A stretch of 64,000 bases of DNA from Flaccisagitta enflata. Its lineage: Eukaryota. The translations under genes were made by a program, and so were the position numbers. The notes beneath the pieces are model-generated. The model searched no databases and was not told the DNA's origin. It saw only the letters and a program-made list of their open reading frames with translations. Numbering within the stretch: the first letter of the stretch is position 1; every line of letters starts with the position of its first letter. This document shows, piece after piece, positions 12,433 to 27,773 of the stretch. The stretch is taken from NCBI GenBank assembly GCA_965153355.1, contig OZ231126.1, positions 1,674,001-1,738,000 of the forward strand, written 5' to 3'.

Positions 12433-15316
12433 GCAAACAGCGCGTCTGCTGTCAGCGAGCGATTAATGAGAAATTGGATGATGTTGTGGCCATAGACTAG
12501 AATCAATTATAAATGATCATCGACCCATTTCTCATAGACCCGTTATTGCTGGCGACTGAGATTTCTTTTCAAAATAGGCTATTATTTCCAATGTGAGATG
12601 CAGTATAACCTTTAAGATGGAGAATGACTGAATAAGACATAAACCCTGTAGGGCTTGAAGCTCTGCCGGACTTGAAACAGTTTCCCGGATGTCCTTTGAG
12701 AAACCGCGTCATACACTTATGATTACAGCCATCGAAGTCCTGCGTCGGAGAAGGTCATCAGAACACCAGTCCCTGGGATGACGAGCTGATACTGATTCTG
12801 AGGTCTGAAGGTCTGAAGGTCTGAAGTTCCTGTTTTGAAAGCTTTACAACACATTAAAGAATATTGAACAAAATCAAACTTAATGATTGTTCCGTTTATC
12901 GTCTGTTTTTAGTAAAAGCAGTGACTTGATATAGATTTCAGATTTTGATTGATTGTAATTGGCGCACTGCCAATAGCAAACAAAAGGTAATCTAAAAACC
13001 GCAACATGCAAATAAAACTCATGATGCTAACATCACTTCAATCACCAGCCATCTTGCTCGGCTTCTTTCCTTTGTTCGTTTTTTGGGTTTTGAATATTTT
13101 TTGTCATGTTTATTTCTTTTTTTTGGTACAATCACTATAAGTATATATTTGATTTTTTTTCTGAGAGAACTCTTTCACTTCTGAGCAGCGGCTGCGCCAT
13201 GATCAGGGATGTGGAAGCGTTTGACCACTACCGATGTAGTGGGTGGGTAAGCTTCTTGTATTTGAACTGCAAGAAACGAAAGCAGAAGCGGAAGTGGTGG
13301 ATGCGGCGTTTCTACTTCCACATCCATAATCATCACCCGCACTTAAGCATTACTTAAACAGTCGATACTTTTTTAAAAATCCAAATTTCTCGATTAAAGT
13401 TTTAATCTAAAATCAACCCAACAAACTACGCGGGACCAACAAAATCGAATATTTGTTACTGGCGTGTACGTTATGACTAGATGTAATTGAGAACGCGAGA
13501 TGTCCTCCAGTCGGGGGAAGGGGCGATGATTTTGATTAAATCCGCGATGTGGAAAAGTTAATTCTCCGACGATTATTCGTATCTGAAAGTGTGGAGGAGG
13601 AAAAGCAGCCTTTAGAAGGCCTTTAGAAGGCTAATAACCGGAAATGGAAAGGCAATTCTCAGAAATGATAAATCGAGAATTCACGTGGAATCAGATGGGA
13701 AATGGATAAATGCGGGAAACGCGGAGATTCTGTGGGGGGGGGGGAGAGAAAGAGATGATAGAAGACTGATCAGAGAAAGTGGATGCTGCGCAGGAGGAAG
13801 GACTATGGAGAAAAGAGGGAATGCTATGCAGGGGGGAGGGAGGGATAAGAAGTGTGGAATCCACACTGTGGATGTGGGGGATGGGAACCGAACAAACGCG
13901 GAAGAGTGAAGAGGAAAAGTGGGGGGGGGTTAGAGAGACTTTACACCGAATGTTGTGCATGGGGGAAAGAGAATCTGTGGGGGATGGAAAATGGATACAT
14001 AGCAAGAGCGGAGAATGTATGGGGGAGAGAAAAAGATGGCAGAAGAAAGGAGTGGAAGTGGCAGGGAGACTAGACTAGAAGTTATTTAAGGGGGAAGGTC
14101 TGGAGGAGGGGAAATCTGTGGGGAGAGAAAGAAATGACAGAAAAGAGTGAAAGTGGTGGAAAGACTCTGCACTGGGTATAATGCGGGGGTGGGGGGGGAG
14201 AATATTTACACGAGTAGTGACAGAGATTCTACTAAAATCCGCACCAGCGTACCTCTTTGTCCAGTCTTGTTCGTCGATTGGTCGTGCAAACCTTTATCAG
14301 GTAATCTTACTTTGATTTATCGGAGCAAACACGGTTTTCATCTATTATTGATCAGTGATGATAAGTGAAGGGAACATCGATTCATTTCTGTGGAAAATAG
14401 GGCGTGCTTGTCAATGATTTGTTGACAATGATTACATTGCCATTGAATAAACTGACTGATAAATGGTGATGTAAGGTGATAAGGAGAGGGGAAATGACCT
14501 ATTGATAAATGGTGATGTACTATCTAGAACATATATATATCGGCGAGCGTTTTGGGTCATATCTCATCTATAGATAAAAAAATTGTCATGAAAGAATCGG
14601 TCCAACGCCTTAAACTACATCAATTTAGATGAGATGCTAAAGCTACTGTTCTTGTAGCTCGATCTGTTGAGAAAGAAAGGGCAAAACAAGAATGCTACTA
14701 CAAATGAAAATGGCCAAAAAATTATATTTTATTTCTTGTCGCTTTTGGTACTTGGCCAAGTGTTATTTTTTTGTTAGTTTAAGGCTGCTACAGTGATGCC
14801 ATAGGGTTGCCTTGTCATTTCCATGGTCACTCCAAACTTGGTTATAGATCAGATGGTTGGTAAGTAAGCAGCTATGGAGAAGGTATCGCGCATCATTTGA
14901 TATGGATAAAAAAAATTCTGCTCTGAAGTTGTAAGGGAAGACTGCGTCATCCTTTCTCAAAATATCTCTTCAAGAGCATATGAAGATAATTTAGGCCGTT
15001 ATTGTTGTTCACACGATACATACAAAGAGTCTCAATGATCAAATTATGTTTTTTTCTAGTCATTTGATGAATTAACAGCCTGATAATGATCTTGCCGATA
15101 TACTTTTGTTCTAGATAGTAAGGTAATAAGGAAAGGGGAAATGACCGACTGATAAATGGTGATGTAAGGTAATAAGGAAAGGGGAAATGATTTTCACCAA
15201 AAGGTAAGTTATCAAAAGCCTCATCATCTAACAGCCAGAGAGGGAACACTTGTCATGAAGAGAATTTTCCAACGCCTTAAGTAGATCACATTTAGATGGA
15301 GATGCTGAAAGGGACT

Positions 15317-15442
<126 letters not shown>

Positions 15443-16201
15443 AATAAAGAGAAAGTGAGATGGCACAAGCTTATTGCAGAGGTGGTGAGATATGCAGGCG
15501 GCAGCGGCAGTGGCGGCTACCGTGAATTACGGCGGCGTCTCCTTTTTGTACACAAGATTGCGGTAGCGTACAATCTAAGGCGACCGCGCACGCAAGCAAA
15601 CACGCACGCACACAGGAATGCACGCAGGCACGCACGCGCACACGCATGCACGCACATGGGTGGCAGCGTGTTATACAGTGCATAACGCGTTTGGACACAC
15701 AAGCAACCAGCGGTGCATGACAGCGATACGGAACGAGGATGACGACCGCAGTGAATGCATGAATGACACAACAAAAACCAATTGGTGGGATATATCACTG
15801 CCATACTGCACATGACTAGTTGTACGACTGCAGCAGTGCATGCTCTAACGACAAGGGAAAACTTACTACGCACTAGAATATGAAGATAGCGCATTGCATA
15901 ACCAACGTCGCACAAACAACGACAAGGCGGTAGCGTACAAAACACACACAGCAAACATGGCATAATTGGCACATGCACAATGGCGATTTCACACAAATCA
16001 AACAACAAGCATGGTATATGTACGATGGTGATAGCACAAGCAAAAACAATAAACATGGCACATGTATAATGATGATAGCACAAACACAAACAACAAATAT
16101 GGCACATGTATAACGGTGATAGTACACAAGCACAAACATCGCAGCACGGGAGTGGCGGCGGTGGTGGCGGTGGTGACGCTTTGGTGACGGCACCCGCAAT
16201 C

Positions 16202-16378
16202 CAGGTATATCCTTCTTTAAAACAGCCCCGCGATTTGGCCCCATATTTTGGTGCTCTATCTTGGTTAAGAGATCTGGACTATAAAAAGCTAGCCAGATCT
16301 CTTTCTATTTTTTTGCACTCTATCTCTCACAAAGACAACAGTGCTAGATGGAGGACAGAAAATTGCCCCAGATTGCAG

Positions 16379-16425
<47 letters not shown>

Positions 16426-17259
16426 CATTTTGTTTTCAAAAAGAAGAGAAATCAAATGAATTATTCATGTAAAGATTAGCTTCAATAGAGTTTATCTTAC
16501 TTTGGGTCATTTTTATCAGTTTGTTTTTAATCCCTAAAAAACACTAAAAGATCTATAGTGACTTGTGGTCATTTATCTAAGAAAAAATTAGCTCATAGTT
16601 TATTTGTCTAAACTGCTAATATATTCAATCTTGATGCAGTATTATGCTATGGACAATATAACATACTTTTAAGTGTGATTAGAAATTTCGTTTTTTCCCT
16701 TGTTTGGAACAGACAAAACCTAGTTAGGGTAAATGCCACCCTGTCACACATGTGTCACTCTGTTTAATATAATAATGGACAAGGTCAAACACAGTTCAAG
16801 ACTTTGAATAATTTTTTTTCATTTGATCTTAAAGAGTATCAAATCTTAGGCCTTGAGCTAGAATCTCAAGCTAATAAATGCAACCATTATCAAATCATAT
16901 TATTTTTATCATATCAAAAAATTCAGGCACTTGATAACAGCCACTTCAGTTCATAGCAGAAACTGCCTCAATTGTATCAATGTTGTACTATATTGATATA
17001 TTTGAAGTGTGAAACAATCTTCAGGATAGGGTGTGCATAAACTGATATGCCAAATGAAACAATTATAGAACTATAGAAAAGCTTTTTGATAAATCTTCCA
17101 ACTGTAATGTTGCTGGTGACTTTTACTTAATTCCTTCTTAAAGGAAAAAAAATGTCCTCTTACATATGAAAGCATAGCTCATTGGCCCCTTTGGAGCCAC
17201 TACCAAAGAAGAAGAACATGAAAAAAAGAAAAAATTTCGAAGAAGGAGGGAGCGGAGGA

Positions 17260-17335
<76 letters not shown>

Positions 17336-17546
17336 GAAACAGAGACAGAGTCATAGAGTATCAAAACCAGGATCTGGAATTAAAACAACACACGCGATCT
17401 GGATCAGTATTCTCTCCCATATTGGATTGTTGTTTTGTTATCCAGATCTGGCTCAACCCTAAGAAAGGAGAATGGTAATTGGGGCCAGAACTTGCACCAA
17501 AATATGGCCCCAAATCGCGCCATTGTTTTGAGCCATGACATATCTC
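16202..17546. mobile_element. Non-autonomous TIR element, hAT-like (8-bp TSD, 9 bp if the boundary shifts)
   Basis: CCGCAATC at 16194-16201 and 17547-17554; degenerate TIRs sharing GCGATTTGGnnCCATATTTTGGTGC; starts with CAG. Confidence 0.65.
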
Positions 17547-17790
17547 CCGCAATCGCATGAATGCCGACGGTTGCGCAGCAATTGCGGATGTGGCGGCGGC
17601 GGAAACGGCGGCGGTGAAAGCGGCGGCGGCGGCGATGGCGGCGGCGGCGATGGCGGCGGCGGCGATGGCGGCGGCGGCGACGGCGGAGGCATTGGCGTTG
17701 GCGGTGGCGGCGTTGTCTGAATGACGGCGACACGCGTAATATTGGATTTTTGCGCGGAATAATTTGTTTGCCAACGTTTTTCTTACCCTC

Positions 17791-17831
<41 letters not shown>

Positions 17832-18482
17832 TCCTCCTTTTGAAAAGCCTCTTTTCACGAATACGAGAAAAAAAGGCTGACAGAGCGGGCCAAAGTTGTA
17901 CAGGTGCTAAGGCAAAGAGGTGACAGGGTCAGGAGGTGACTGGATCAGGAGGTGACGGGGTGTTGAACAGATGCGGAGGCAGAAAGGTGATGAGGAGGTT
18001 GAGGTGAAGGGTTCACGAGGTGAAAGGGTAGAGTAAGGTTGATGGGGTTAGGAGGTCACAGGGTGGTGAAAAGGAGTGTGCGTCAAAAAATGGAAAAGAG
18101 AGATAAAAAAAAAAAAACCGAACAAACAAACAAACAAACAAACAAAAACAAATAAACAAACAAACAAACAAACAAATCAACAAACAATCAAACAAACAAG
18201 CCTTATTTCAAGAGCAGATGACTAGAGGTACAATTTCAGAGAAAGAGGGGACAATGTCAGAGGAAAAGGGGACTATGTTAGAGGCAGAAGGCCTCATGTC
18301 AAAAGCGAACGACTAGAGGCGCAATGTCCGAGGAAGAGGGGATTATGTCAGAGGCAGAAAGCCAAAAGGTAAAGACTGGAGGCGTTATGTCAGAGGCAAA
18401 CAAATGAACCTTGATCGTGTGTACAAAAGAAAAGTCTCACGATCATTCCAGCAAGGTCAGCTTCTTTTTCACGACACGCCAG

Positions 18483-18544
<62 letters not shown>

Positions 18545-18776
18545 GTCTCTCTTTGGAGATTCCATATGAAAAACAAAGGAATATTTTTTGTATAAAAACT
18601 TAAAAAAAAACTTATAGAGTATAGACACATCTCAAGAGAATGGGCAGAATTCAGCGTAAAGCGACGCTGGATGACCAAAAAGACGAAAATTCTAAGGAAG
18701 TTGATGACATTTACTGCAAACTAAAGATGAGAGAGCCTCAAATGAGAGAGCCTCATGAGTCATGAGTGGAGACGGC

Positions 18777-20004
18777 GGGTGTATCTCCCCACAGCTAAAG
18801 CGCTCAATAGCTAAAATTTTTTCATGACAAATTGGCCCAACAGCTAAAATATTTTTTTAGCTTTGCAGCCAATTTTGAAGCATTTTACTTCTAAAGATTT
18901 TGTCAGAAAAAGTGGTCTGACTTCTAAAATTTCTCTCAGTGATTGGCCTGAGTTCTAAAAAAAGGAGGGAAGAAGAAACCAATAAAAGGGAATCAAAAAA
19001 GTCTGAAGCTCCATTTGAAACAATATTCAAATCAAGTCTTATCCCTTTACACATGTTTTATTGGCTGATATTATTCTTTGAATATACAGTGCGGTAGGGC
19101 TTCACCAGAGCGCATTTCAAAAGACCATGCAAATTGAAGCCTTCTAGTTAAGCTGCTTTTTTTTTCATTTGGAAAAAAAAAATATCTTAAAAGACAGCAA
19201 ATAGAACTACTCGAATAAAAAAAAGATGCACCGATAAAAAGATAATAATTTGAATCATTTTTAATTGAATCATTTTAAAAGATTTTTTAAAAATCTTTCA
19301 TTCTAGATGAACCCCAGGTCTGTATCTCAAACGGTTTGTGAGCTAGAGCTCTGTAAAGAAAAACACTATTTTGCTTAAGTGCACTTTTTACAAAGGGATT
19401 GCAAAACTAAAATAAGCAATATTTTCATTCAAACTAATGCCATTTCTAAACAAAAAGATTGGCGCCAAATGAAAGTTCTTTCAAAGGGCTTCGAAATGGT
19501 CTAAGATTTTAATCAGTTTCTCTAAAATTGTATGGCTAAATGAGAAATTTGAAAATGGCTCTTTTTTTTATTCACGTAGTATACCTTATAGGCGAGCATA
19601 TTTTAATGGCAGGTGCAAATGGACTCAATCTAAATTCAATATTGCTTGTGCATGCTCTACCATCTACTGCCCTTTCTAATTTCTAATGTGTTTTTTTGCG
19701 GACTGGTGACTTTCAGACGCTTTGTCCTCTTATTTGTCTGTTGCACCCTTGGTCCATCCATCTATCTTTGTTTTTCATATCTGTTACTTAAATCTGTTTT
19801 TCATATCTGTTCCTCAATGCCTTCCTCTTTTTTAGACATCAGGTGCTTACTTTTTAGCTGTTAGGCGCATTCAGATTTTCAAACCATGCCTATACTTTTA
19901 GTTTCAAATTGGCCTCATGTCTAAACTTTTTTTTTAGAACTCAGGCCAAAATCATTTTTAGACTTCAGGCCACTGGAATAATTTAGCTTTCAGGCGCTTC
20001 CCCC
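18777..20004. mobile_element. Mutator-like non-autonomous element
   Basis: GGAGACGGC is duplicated at 18768-18776 and 20005-20013; GGG...CCC termini; degenerate AGCTAAA/TCTAAA subterminal repeats in inverted orientation. Confidence 0.7.
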
Positions 20005-21850
20005 GGAGACGGCGAAATGCATATTTGCATGTTCAAACAGAGTCATTTTACCTCTCGCCACAGAGTTTGTTCACATTCATTGATTGTTTTTTCCTTTAGT
20101 AGCGTTGCAAAGCTAAGTGAACACGTTTCTCTGAGTAGGTTTACATTGACACATGGTTACCCATATTTGCAGTATGCAATGTGTATCTTCGCATTCATCG
20201 AACTTGTCCAAAAAAAAAAAAAAAATTACGGTTAGTCTTTTATCAAGACAAGCTGCTTTTGGAGAGGGCCGGTTATTATCTACCAGGGGTCACTTGTTTT
20301 TTATTTTTTCTTGTGCTGACAAATACTGAGCTATTATTCATTTGTTAAATTCATAATAGATAAGTGTTCTTATGGCTTATTGCTTATGGCTTATTGTCTA
20401 ATCACCCTCATGATTTTCGTTTAAAACAAGTAGTATTCTTTAACTGTCAGGGTAATTGAAAGCCCTTATTGCATTTTTGCACCAATTTCCATTATCAAAT
20501 GTATGTTTTATATGGTTCTCAGTGTATTTGTTATTGCATGACTGCTATAAATCTAACACAAAGGGAAGCCCACTGCAATATGAGGAGCACGAACTCATTT
20601 GGATCTTATTTGGCAAACGCTGGCGATTTCATCATACATTTATGTCAAACAAACCTTTCAGATATACCACGCGTATCAAAAGAAAAAAAAAAGACGCACC
20701 TTTCTTTTCATTGACAAAACATATACAAAAAAAAAAAAAAACTTTTTTCAGTAGAGACATTTTCAAAGATTTTCCAAAAATCTTTGAGTATAACCAATCC
20801 CAGGTCTGTATCTTAAACGGTTCAGGAGCTAGAGCCTTCCAAAGAGAAGCTAGATTTTGCTATAAGACACTTTTTACATAGGGATGTGTAAATGAAAATA
20901 CAAACTTTCCATTCAAATCTATGCCATTTCCGAAAAAAAGATAGAAATACCAAATTGAAACCAAATGAAAGTATTATTTAAGGCATTTCCAATAGAATTT
21001 CAAGTTTCAGCTTTTATTGAAATTTGTTATCATAATAACCTATTCAAAAGTGCGGCTTTTTTATTGATACGCGTGGTACCACTCGTTTCTTTTGTCTTTT
21101 TTTTATCCAAAGAGAATGTTGACGTTGATCACTCGCCCAACAATTTTTTGCATCCAATTTTTTTGTAGGTGTGCTTGGTAATTTTTTCGTCCTATAAGCT
21201 AAGTTGTGAAGACTTTACTTCAACAACAATAACAACGACTGAACTTCCTTTCTTTTTCACTCCCTCCGCAACGCTCTACTTTGCGACGCTCGCTTCGTTC
21301 GCTCACTCCATCCACAGGCTCGCTCACTCGCTTCGCTCACTCCCTCATGGGACAGTTGAAATTCTTGGTTATGTGTTCACACTGTAAACGCGTTTCACAG
21401 GAACAAACGCGTTTTTCATCTTCTCAAGAAACATAACTTCAAAACAAAAAGTTGATGAACCTATTTATACTTTTCCCGATCAATCCTTCCGGCTTTAAAG
21501 GTAAGATCAACGGCGACCTGACTTGAAATTGTAACAGGGCCGGCTACTTTTCATGTATGTGATGGGCAATGGGCAGGAGCAGTAGATTTTCAGAACAGAG
21601 GTGCAAGCGACCGAGCTATCTAAAAGTGACTAATAAAAAACAACTCATAAAACTTCCATCATATTTCCGGCCGTCAATCGCCAAACGGTAGCCTTTGCAT
21701 TTCCTCCGGAAGGGCAAAAAAAGAATTTAAGGCAAAAGTTAGAGTTTAAAAAAAAATGAATTATTGAATAAAACAATCCTTTTGGAGAAGACGTTAACAG
21801 CGGAAGAGAGGCTAGAAAAAAGTGAGCTTATGAAGTTGAAGACTTAAGAA

Positions 21851-21966
<116 letters not shown>

Positions 21967-23075
21967 CAAAAACGCGTACAGCGAAAAAGTGTGTGTGAGT
22001 GAGGGAAAGGGGAAATTATGCGCCCCTGCCCATTTGTCTGCAAAGTAAACTTAATCCTCCCCCATTACTCGTTACTTTCAATTTTTTGTTTTGTCTTTGG
22101 AAACATATCAATTTAAAAAAAGTGACGCAGAGTCACAATATTGTTGCGGACGGATGGGCAGGGGCCCATCAACACCCTCCCCCACCTCACACACAGACAG
22201 TACTAGCTCAAACCGCAGTATCTCAAATGCGTGTTTTCACACTGGATCATCATGGAACCACCAACAGACCAACGGACCAACGGAAAAATGGACGGATGGA
22301 CGGACGGACAAAGGCTCTTGTAGGGATGCGTGATCGCAAATGAAAAATACTTTGATTGCACCGTTACCCTGCTAGAACTGCGCCAACGCACCAAGCAGGA
22401 TCAAAAGCGTTGGGAGAAGGGCGAAGACTGAGTTATCAGCACCATTCAGTCTATTTGATAACACATGCCTCCATGGAGCCTCCTTGGACTTCCTTCACTC
22501 GACGCCATCTAAAAACAAATAGCTAAAATTCATCCTGCCTCTATAGCCTCAAGAATTTTTTCTCAATTGTACCGCTTGAGTTCTCCTCAGCACAGATTCT
22601 TTGTCATAGTGCCAAGAGTTCAAGTGATCGTCAAGTCGGTTCTCTACTATCTTGAACAAAAGCATGTTCAGGAAATTCAAATTATTTGATTTTTTTTCCA
22701 AATTTTGAAGAAAAATAATTCTGATTTTTATAGTGACCAAAAAATTATATGCAGCTTATTAAAGATTTTTGGACTTATAGGCAACTATCCTTTATTTACG
22801 GGTGAAATATATATATATATTTTTTTGAAAAACCAAATAGTTTTTATTTTTCTAACATTCTATTGACCTGGATGGTATTTTTATGGACAGACTTTTTGCT
22901 AAGCCTAAATGAGTAAAATCTAGAAAACAATCACGAAATTATTTATCAATAAGCGACATTATTGTCATCAATCAATGAGCGGAAAGTGTTCAATCACATT
23001 TTTGATTATGAAAGGCATGGTATTTGTCAGAATTGATAGGTGTATGCATGCAATCGACTTAATCTAAGGTGTACA

Positions 23076-23249
23076 CAGTTAAATCCCGCTCTAACAGATT
23101 TCAGGGGACCAACAAATTTTATCTGTTAAAGGTGGAATTCTATTTTAGCAATTATAGGAAATAAAAAAACAGGTTGAAGGGACAGAGAATTAATTTTTGT
23201 TATGGACAGAATCCGTTAAAAGCGGGTCCATTGGAGCAGGGTTCAATTG
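23076..23249 (+). mobile_element. pogo/Tigger-type MITE, intact short copy
   Basis: CAGTTAAATCCCGCTCTAA ... TTGGAGCAGGGTTCAATTG imperfect TIRs, with TA at the right flank. Confidence 0.65.
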
Positions 23250-23634
23250 TATTAGCATTTGGATGATGGAGGAAAAAATTGAACGTTTTTACCATCCATT
23301 TCATCTATTTCGATAACATTTATGTTACCATATAGTAAATGATAAAAAATACATTGTACATAGTATATACAACACAAAACAACACCATTTTGCTCTTAAA
23401 CATCGCTGGTTGCCAAAAGATTGAGAAACTTGGAAACATAACAGCAATCTCAGCGGGTCTTTTTTGCATTTATGCCATTTGCGTTATTCATGTTTGATCA
23501 CATCTAGTATCAAAATTTGTGAATATGTTAGTTCTATATTCTTTGCTAAAGAATTCATGATAGAAAAATGCAGCAAACATGGTAACGTGAATAAACATTT
23601 TCTAAACGATGTGCCTTTCAGATGTTTTCAGAGA

Positions 23635-24685
23635 TTGCATCACAGACTCCACCTTCTGCTCCTCATCCCCCAATTCCTGCTCCTGCTCCTCTAAAACACC
23701 TCCCATCTGGCTTCTACCCTCGACCTTTACTACATCGTTGAGCTTCACAAGCTCAACCCTCTGCTCCTCTGCCCTCAAGATCTGCTCCTGCTCCTACTCA
23801 ACTCCTCCCTTCTGGTGTTCTACATCAACGTTCACCACATCATCAAGCATCACAGACTCCAACCTCTGCTCCTCATCCCCCAATTCCTGCTCCTGGCCCT
23901 CCAAAACACCTCCCATCAACCCTCGACCTTCATTACATCATTAAGCTTCAAAAGCTCCACCCTCTGCTCCTCTGCCCCCAACTCCTGCTCCTGCTCCTGC
24001 TCAACTCCTCCCTTCTGGTTTTCTACTTCAACGCGCACTACATCATCAAGCATCAACGACTCCACCCTCTGCTCCTCATCCCCCAATTCCTGCTCCAGCT
24101 CCTCCGCAACTCCTCCCTTCTGGTTTTCTACTTCAACGCTCACTACATCATCGAGCATCAAAGACTCCAACCTCTGCTCCTCTGCCCCTAAATCCTGCTC
24201 CTCCGCCTCCTCAACTCCTCCCACCTGGTTTTCACCCTCGACCTTCACTACATCATTGAGCTTCACAAGCTCCACCCTCTGCTCCTCTGCCCCTAAATCC
24301 TGCTCCTCCGCCTCCTCAACTCCTCCCACCTGGTTTTCACACTCGACTTTCACTACATCATTGAGCTTCACAAGCTTCACCCTCTGCTCCTCTGCCCCTA
24401 AATCCTGCTCCTCCGCCTCCTCAACTCCTCCCACCTGGTTTTCACCCTCGACCTTCACTACATCATTGAGCTTCACAAGCTCCACCCTCTGCTCCTCTGC
24501 CCCTAAATCCTGCTCCTCCGCCTCCTCAACTCCTCCCACCTGGTTTTCACACTCGACTTTCACTACATCATTGAGCTTCACAAGCTTCACCCTCTGCTCC
24601 TCTGCCCCTAAATCCTGCTCCTCCGCCTCCTCAACTCCTCCCACCTGGTTTTCACCCTCGACCTTCACTACATCATCGAGCATCT
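23635..24685 (-). repeat. 105-bp coding minisatellite (35-aa acidic unit), about 10 units with a 210-bp higher-order dimer
   Basis: accttcactacatca recurs at 24241, 24451 and 24661 (210-bp spacing). Units alternate VEG/VEC and VKL/VEL. About 3 degenerate units lie beyond the stop codon. Confidence 0.9.
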
Positions 24686-25476
24686 CATCGATGGCGATTT
24701 GCAACTCAATAGGGCAACAGAGAAAATTGCCGCAACGGCAATTGACTACTTTTCTCACGAGTGAAACAAAAGCAGAAATGATCGGGGAGAACAACTTGGC
24801 GTAGTTGAGGCCAGAGAACACAATGATTCCAAGTAGGAAATGGATAATGAGGCAGATCATAATGAATACAAACAGGTGATTCACGTTGTACCTTTGAATA
24901 CTTTCGACAAGATCTGCATAATCAGCTGCGAGTATGTAAATAATGACTATTGGTAAGATACCACTAAGGCAAAGATGAGCTAAAGTGCGAATGACTTTAC
25001 AACATCGGCCATTACAACATGCGCAATGGCAAGGCATGAGAAGAGCGAAGATGGTAAACAACATTGAAACTGCATTTAGAGAGACAGCGACTACAAGTAA
25101 AAAAACAAAAATTATAAATTCGCGTCCGAGTCCGTACCCGGGTCCTCCCATTAGCACTAGCAATCTAAATGAAATAGTTCCGGAGAGAACGGCAACCAGT
25201 GTCAAGCAGCCCAATGGCAGAAGTGAAGCCGCTTGTGGGTATCCAAGACGAATCCACGGCTTGCGCCGATTTAGACCAATGTAACTCACGATTGAGAGAG
25301 CGATCGTGAGTGTGGACGTGGATATGGACACACATTGGAGAACGCTCATGCTGAATTCACCTGCACGGGGACCATACAACTGCTGGATGTAAACAGCTAC
25401 CCACTGTGTCGCCAGCTGAGGAACCGATTCCAACGCCACCTCACACATTTTCAACAAGGAAATGACCACTTTCAAT
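23916..25476 (-). CDS. XK-related membrane protein, coding exon 2 (TM region plus acidic repeat tail)
   Basis: Strong acceptor T11-CAG| at 25477/25476. The first base completes AGA (Arg) with exon 1, giving DDIAR-LKVVISLLKMCEVALESVPQLATQW; ESxPQ is the XK-family hallmark. Several hydrophobic helices follow, then 35-aa acidic repeats, with TGA at 23916-23918. Confidence 0.85.
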
Positions 25477-25585
25477 CTGAAAAAAAAAAACGAACGAAGA
25501 CTGTTTTATTGGTGACCTGCAACATCACTTCCATCAAAACTAAAACAGATACAGATACTGTTGATGCTTTTACCATGAGTGAAGC

Positions 25586-25998
25586 CAGGGGAGCGATATT
25601 TGGATTATGAACTGATCAAAGGATGCTTAATTCCCCATGATAGCTGGTTGCTATAGAACCACATTTCCATATATTTTTGCTAAAATATTGATATTTTGAG
25701 AGATTTTTTTAGGGAACATTGTTTAAAATCAAATTTTTTACAACTTTCCCACAGTAGGAATGTGGCTCGTTTGGCCGTTGCTAGGGAGTGTATCCATGTG
25801 TGACAACCCTAAACAAGTAACATTCTTACAGAACATACTGTAGGAAAGTAGTAGCAAATTTGAAATGTTCCCTCAAAAAATTTCTTAAAATATTGATATT
25901 TTAGCAAAAATACATAGAAATGCGTTTCCATGGCAACCAGCTGTCACGGGCAATAAAGCATCCCTTCATTAGTCTATTTTCCAAATATCACTCCCCTG
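25586..25998. mobile_element. Inverted-repeat MITE core next to the XKR exon-2 acceptor
   Basis: ~25586-25720 is inverted relative to ~25864-25998; outer boundaries uncertain. Confidence 0.6.
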
Positions 25999-26714
25999 AA
26001 TCCATTTGTTTTTCTACAACGCTTGCCCCCGTTATCTCGAGTCTTGACGAGATCTACTGTATGTTCTTGAAATCATTAAGGATAGTTGTGATGGGTCCGA
26101 ATTAAACACCATTGAGAGCTCAAAAGGCTCTCATCCTTAAGCTAGTTTGGGTTAGAGTAGTTACGTTGTCCAACTTTCATAATGACGAAATTTGAAAATG
26201 ACAATAATGGTGACAACAACAGGAATGACAATGATTTTGATGACAATAACGACAATCGTGACAGCGATGACAGTTCAGTTTACATTTTTTCCAGTTGTTG
26301 ACACAGTCCTTTTAACAGTATCGTCACTAATGATTCGTCAGTAATCCTGAAAGAATCTAGATTCTAGATTCTAGATTCTAGATTCCTTAGATGTCGCAAT
26401 ATCTGTCATTTGAGGTAATCAACTTACATGAAGTGGAGGATCGTGTTTATGTCAGACGTCGTGGTCGCGGTTGATTTCGCACCGCGACCACTCCTTATCC
26501 ACCAACTACAATCACGGTTCCATTCCATTCCGCGTCACGCTATTCCCCTCATTCCCCAGTTCCGGCTCCGCGTCCTACCTAACGTTAAATTTCGCTTCCC
26601 CTTCAGCTCCGCCTCCGCGTTTTTTACCGCGTCCGCATCCTATCTATATTCTTTATTCTAACTAGTTTGCAAATCTGACTTTTTTTTCTTTTTATTTGAT
26701 TTGACAAGAGATGG

Positions 26715-27550
<836 letters not shown>

Positions 27551-27773
27551 TGGATAGGAAAGAACAATGGACGCGAGGATGCGGTTGACAAACACCGCAT
27601 CCGCGTCCGCGTCCTAGTCAGCATCTTTTCAAACAGCTCCGGCTCCGCGGCCCCCTTTCCTGACTTTTTGCGAGCGGCTCCGCGCCCGCGTCTCCCAATA
27701 AATGCCGCATCCACCGCATCCAGCTCCATTCCGGATCCGGCTCCGCTTTCTCTGGTTTATGTTCCACCAAATA

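Noticed and set aside
17575-17712. Gly-, Ala- or Pro-rich ORFs
   Set aside because: A (GGC)n-type microsatellite flanking a TIR element, with no splice or domain support.
23815-24804. 329-aa Ser/Thr-rich plus-strand ORF
   Set aside because: Antisense shadow of the XKR coding repeat.
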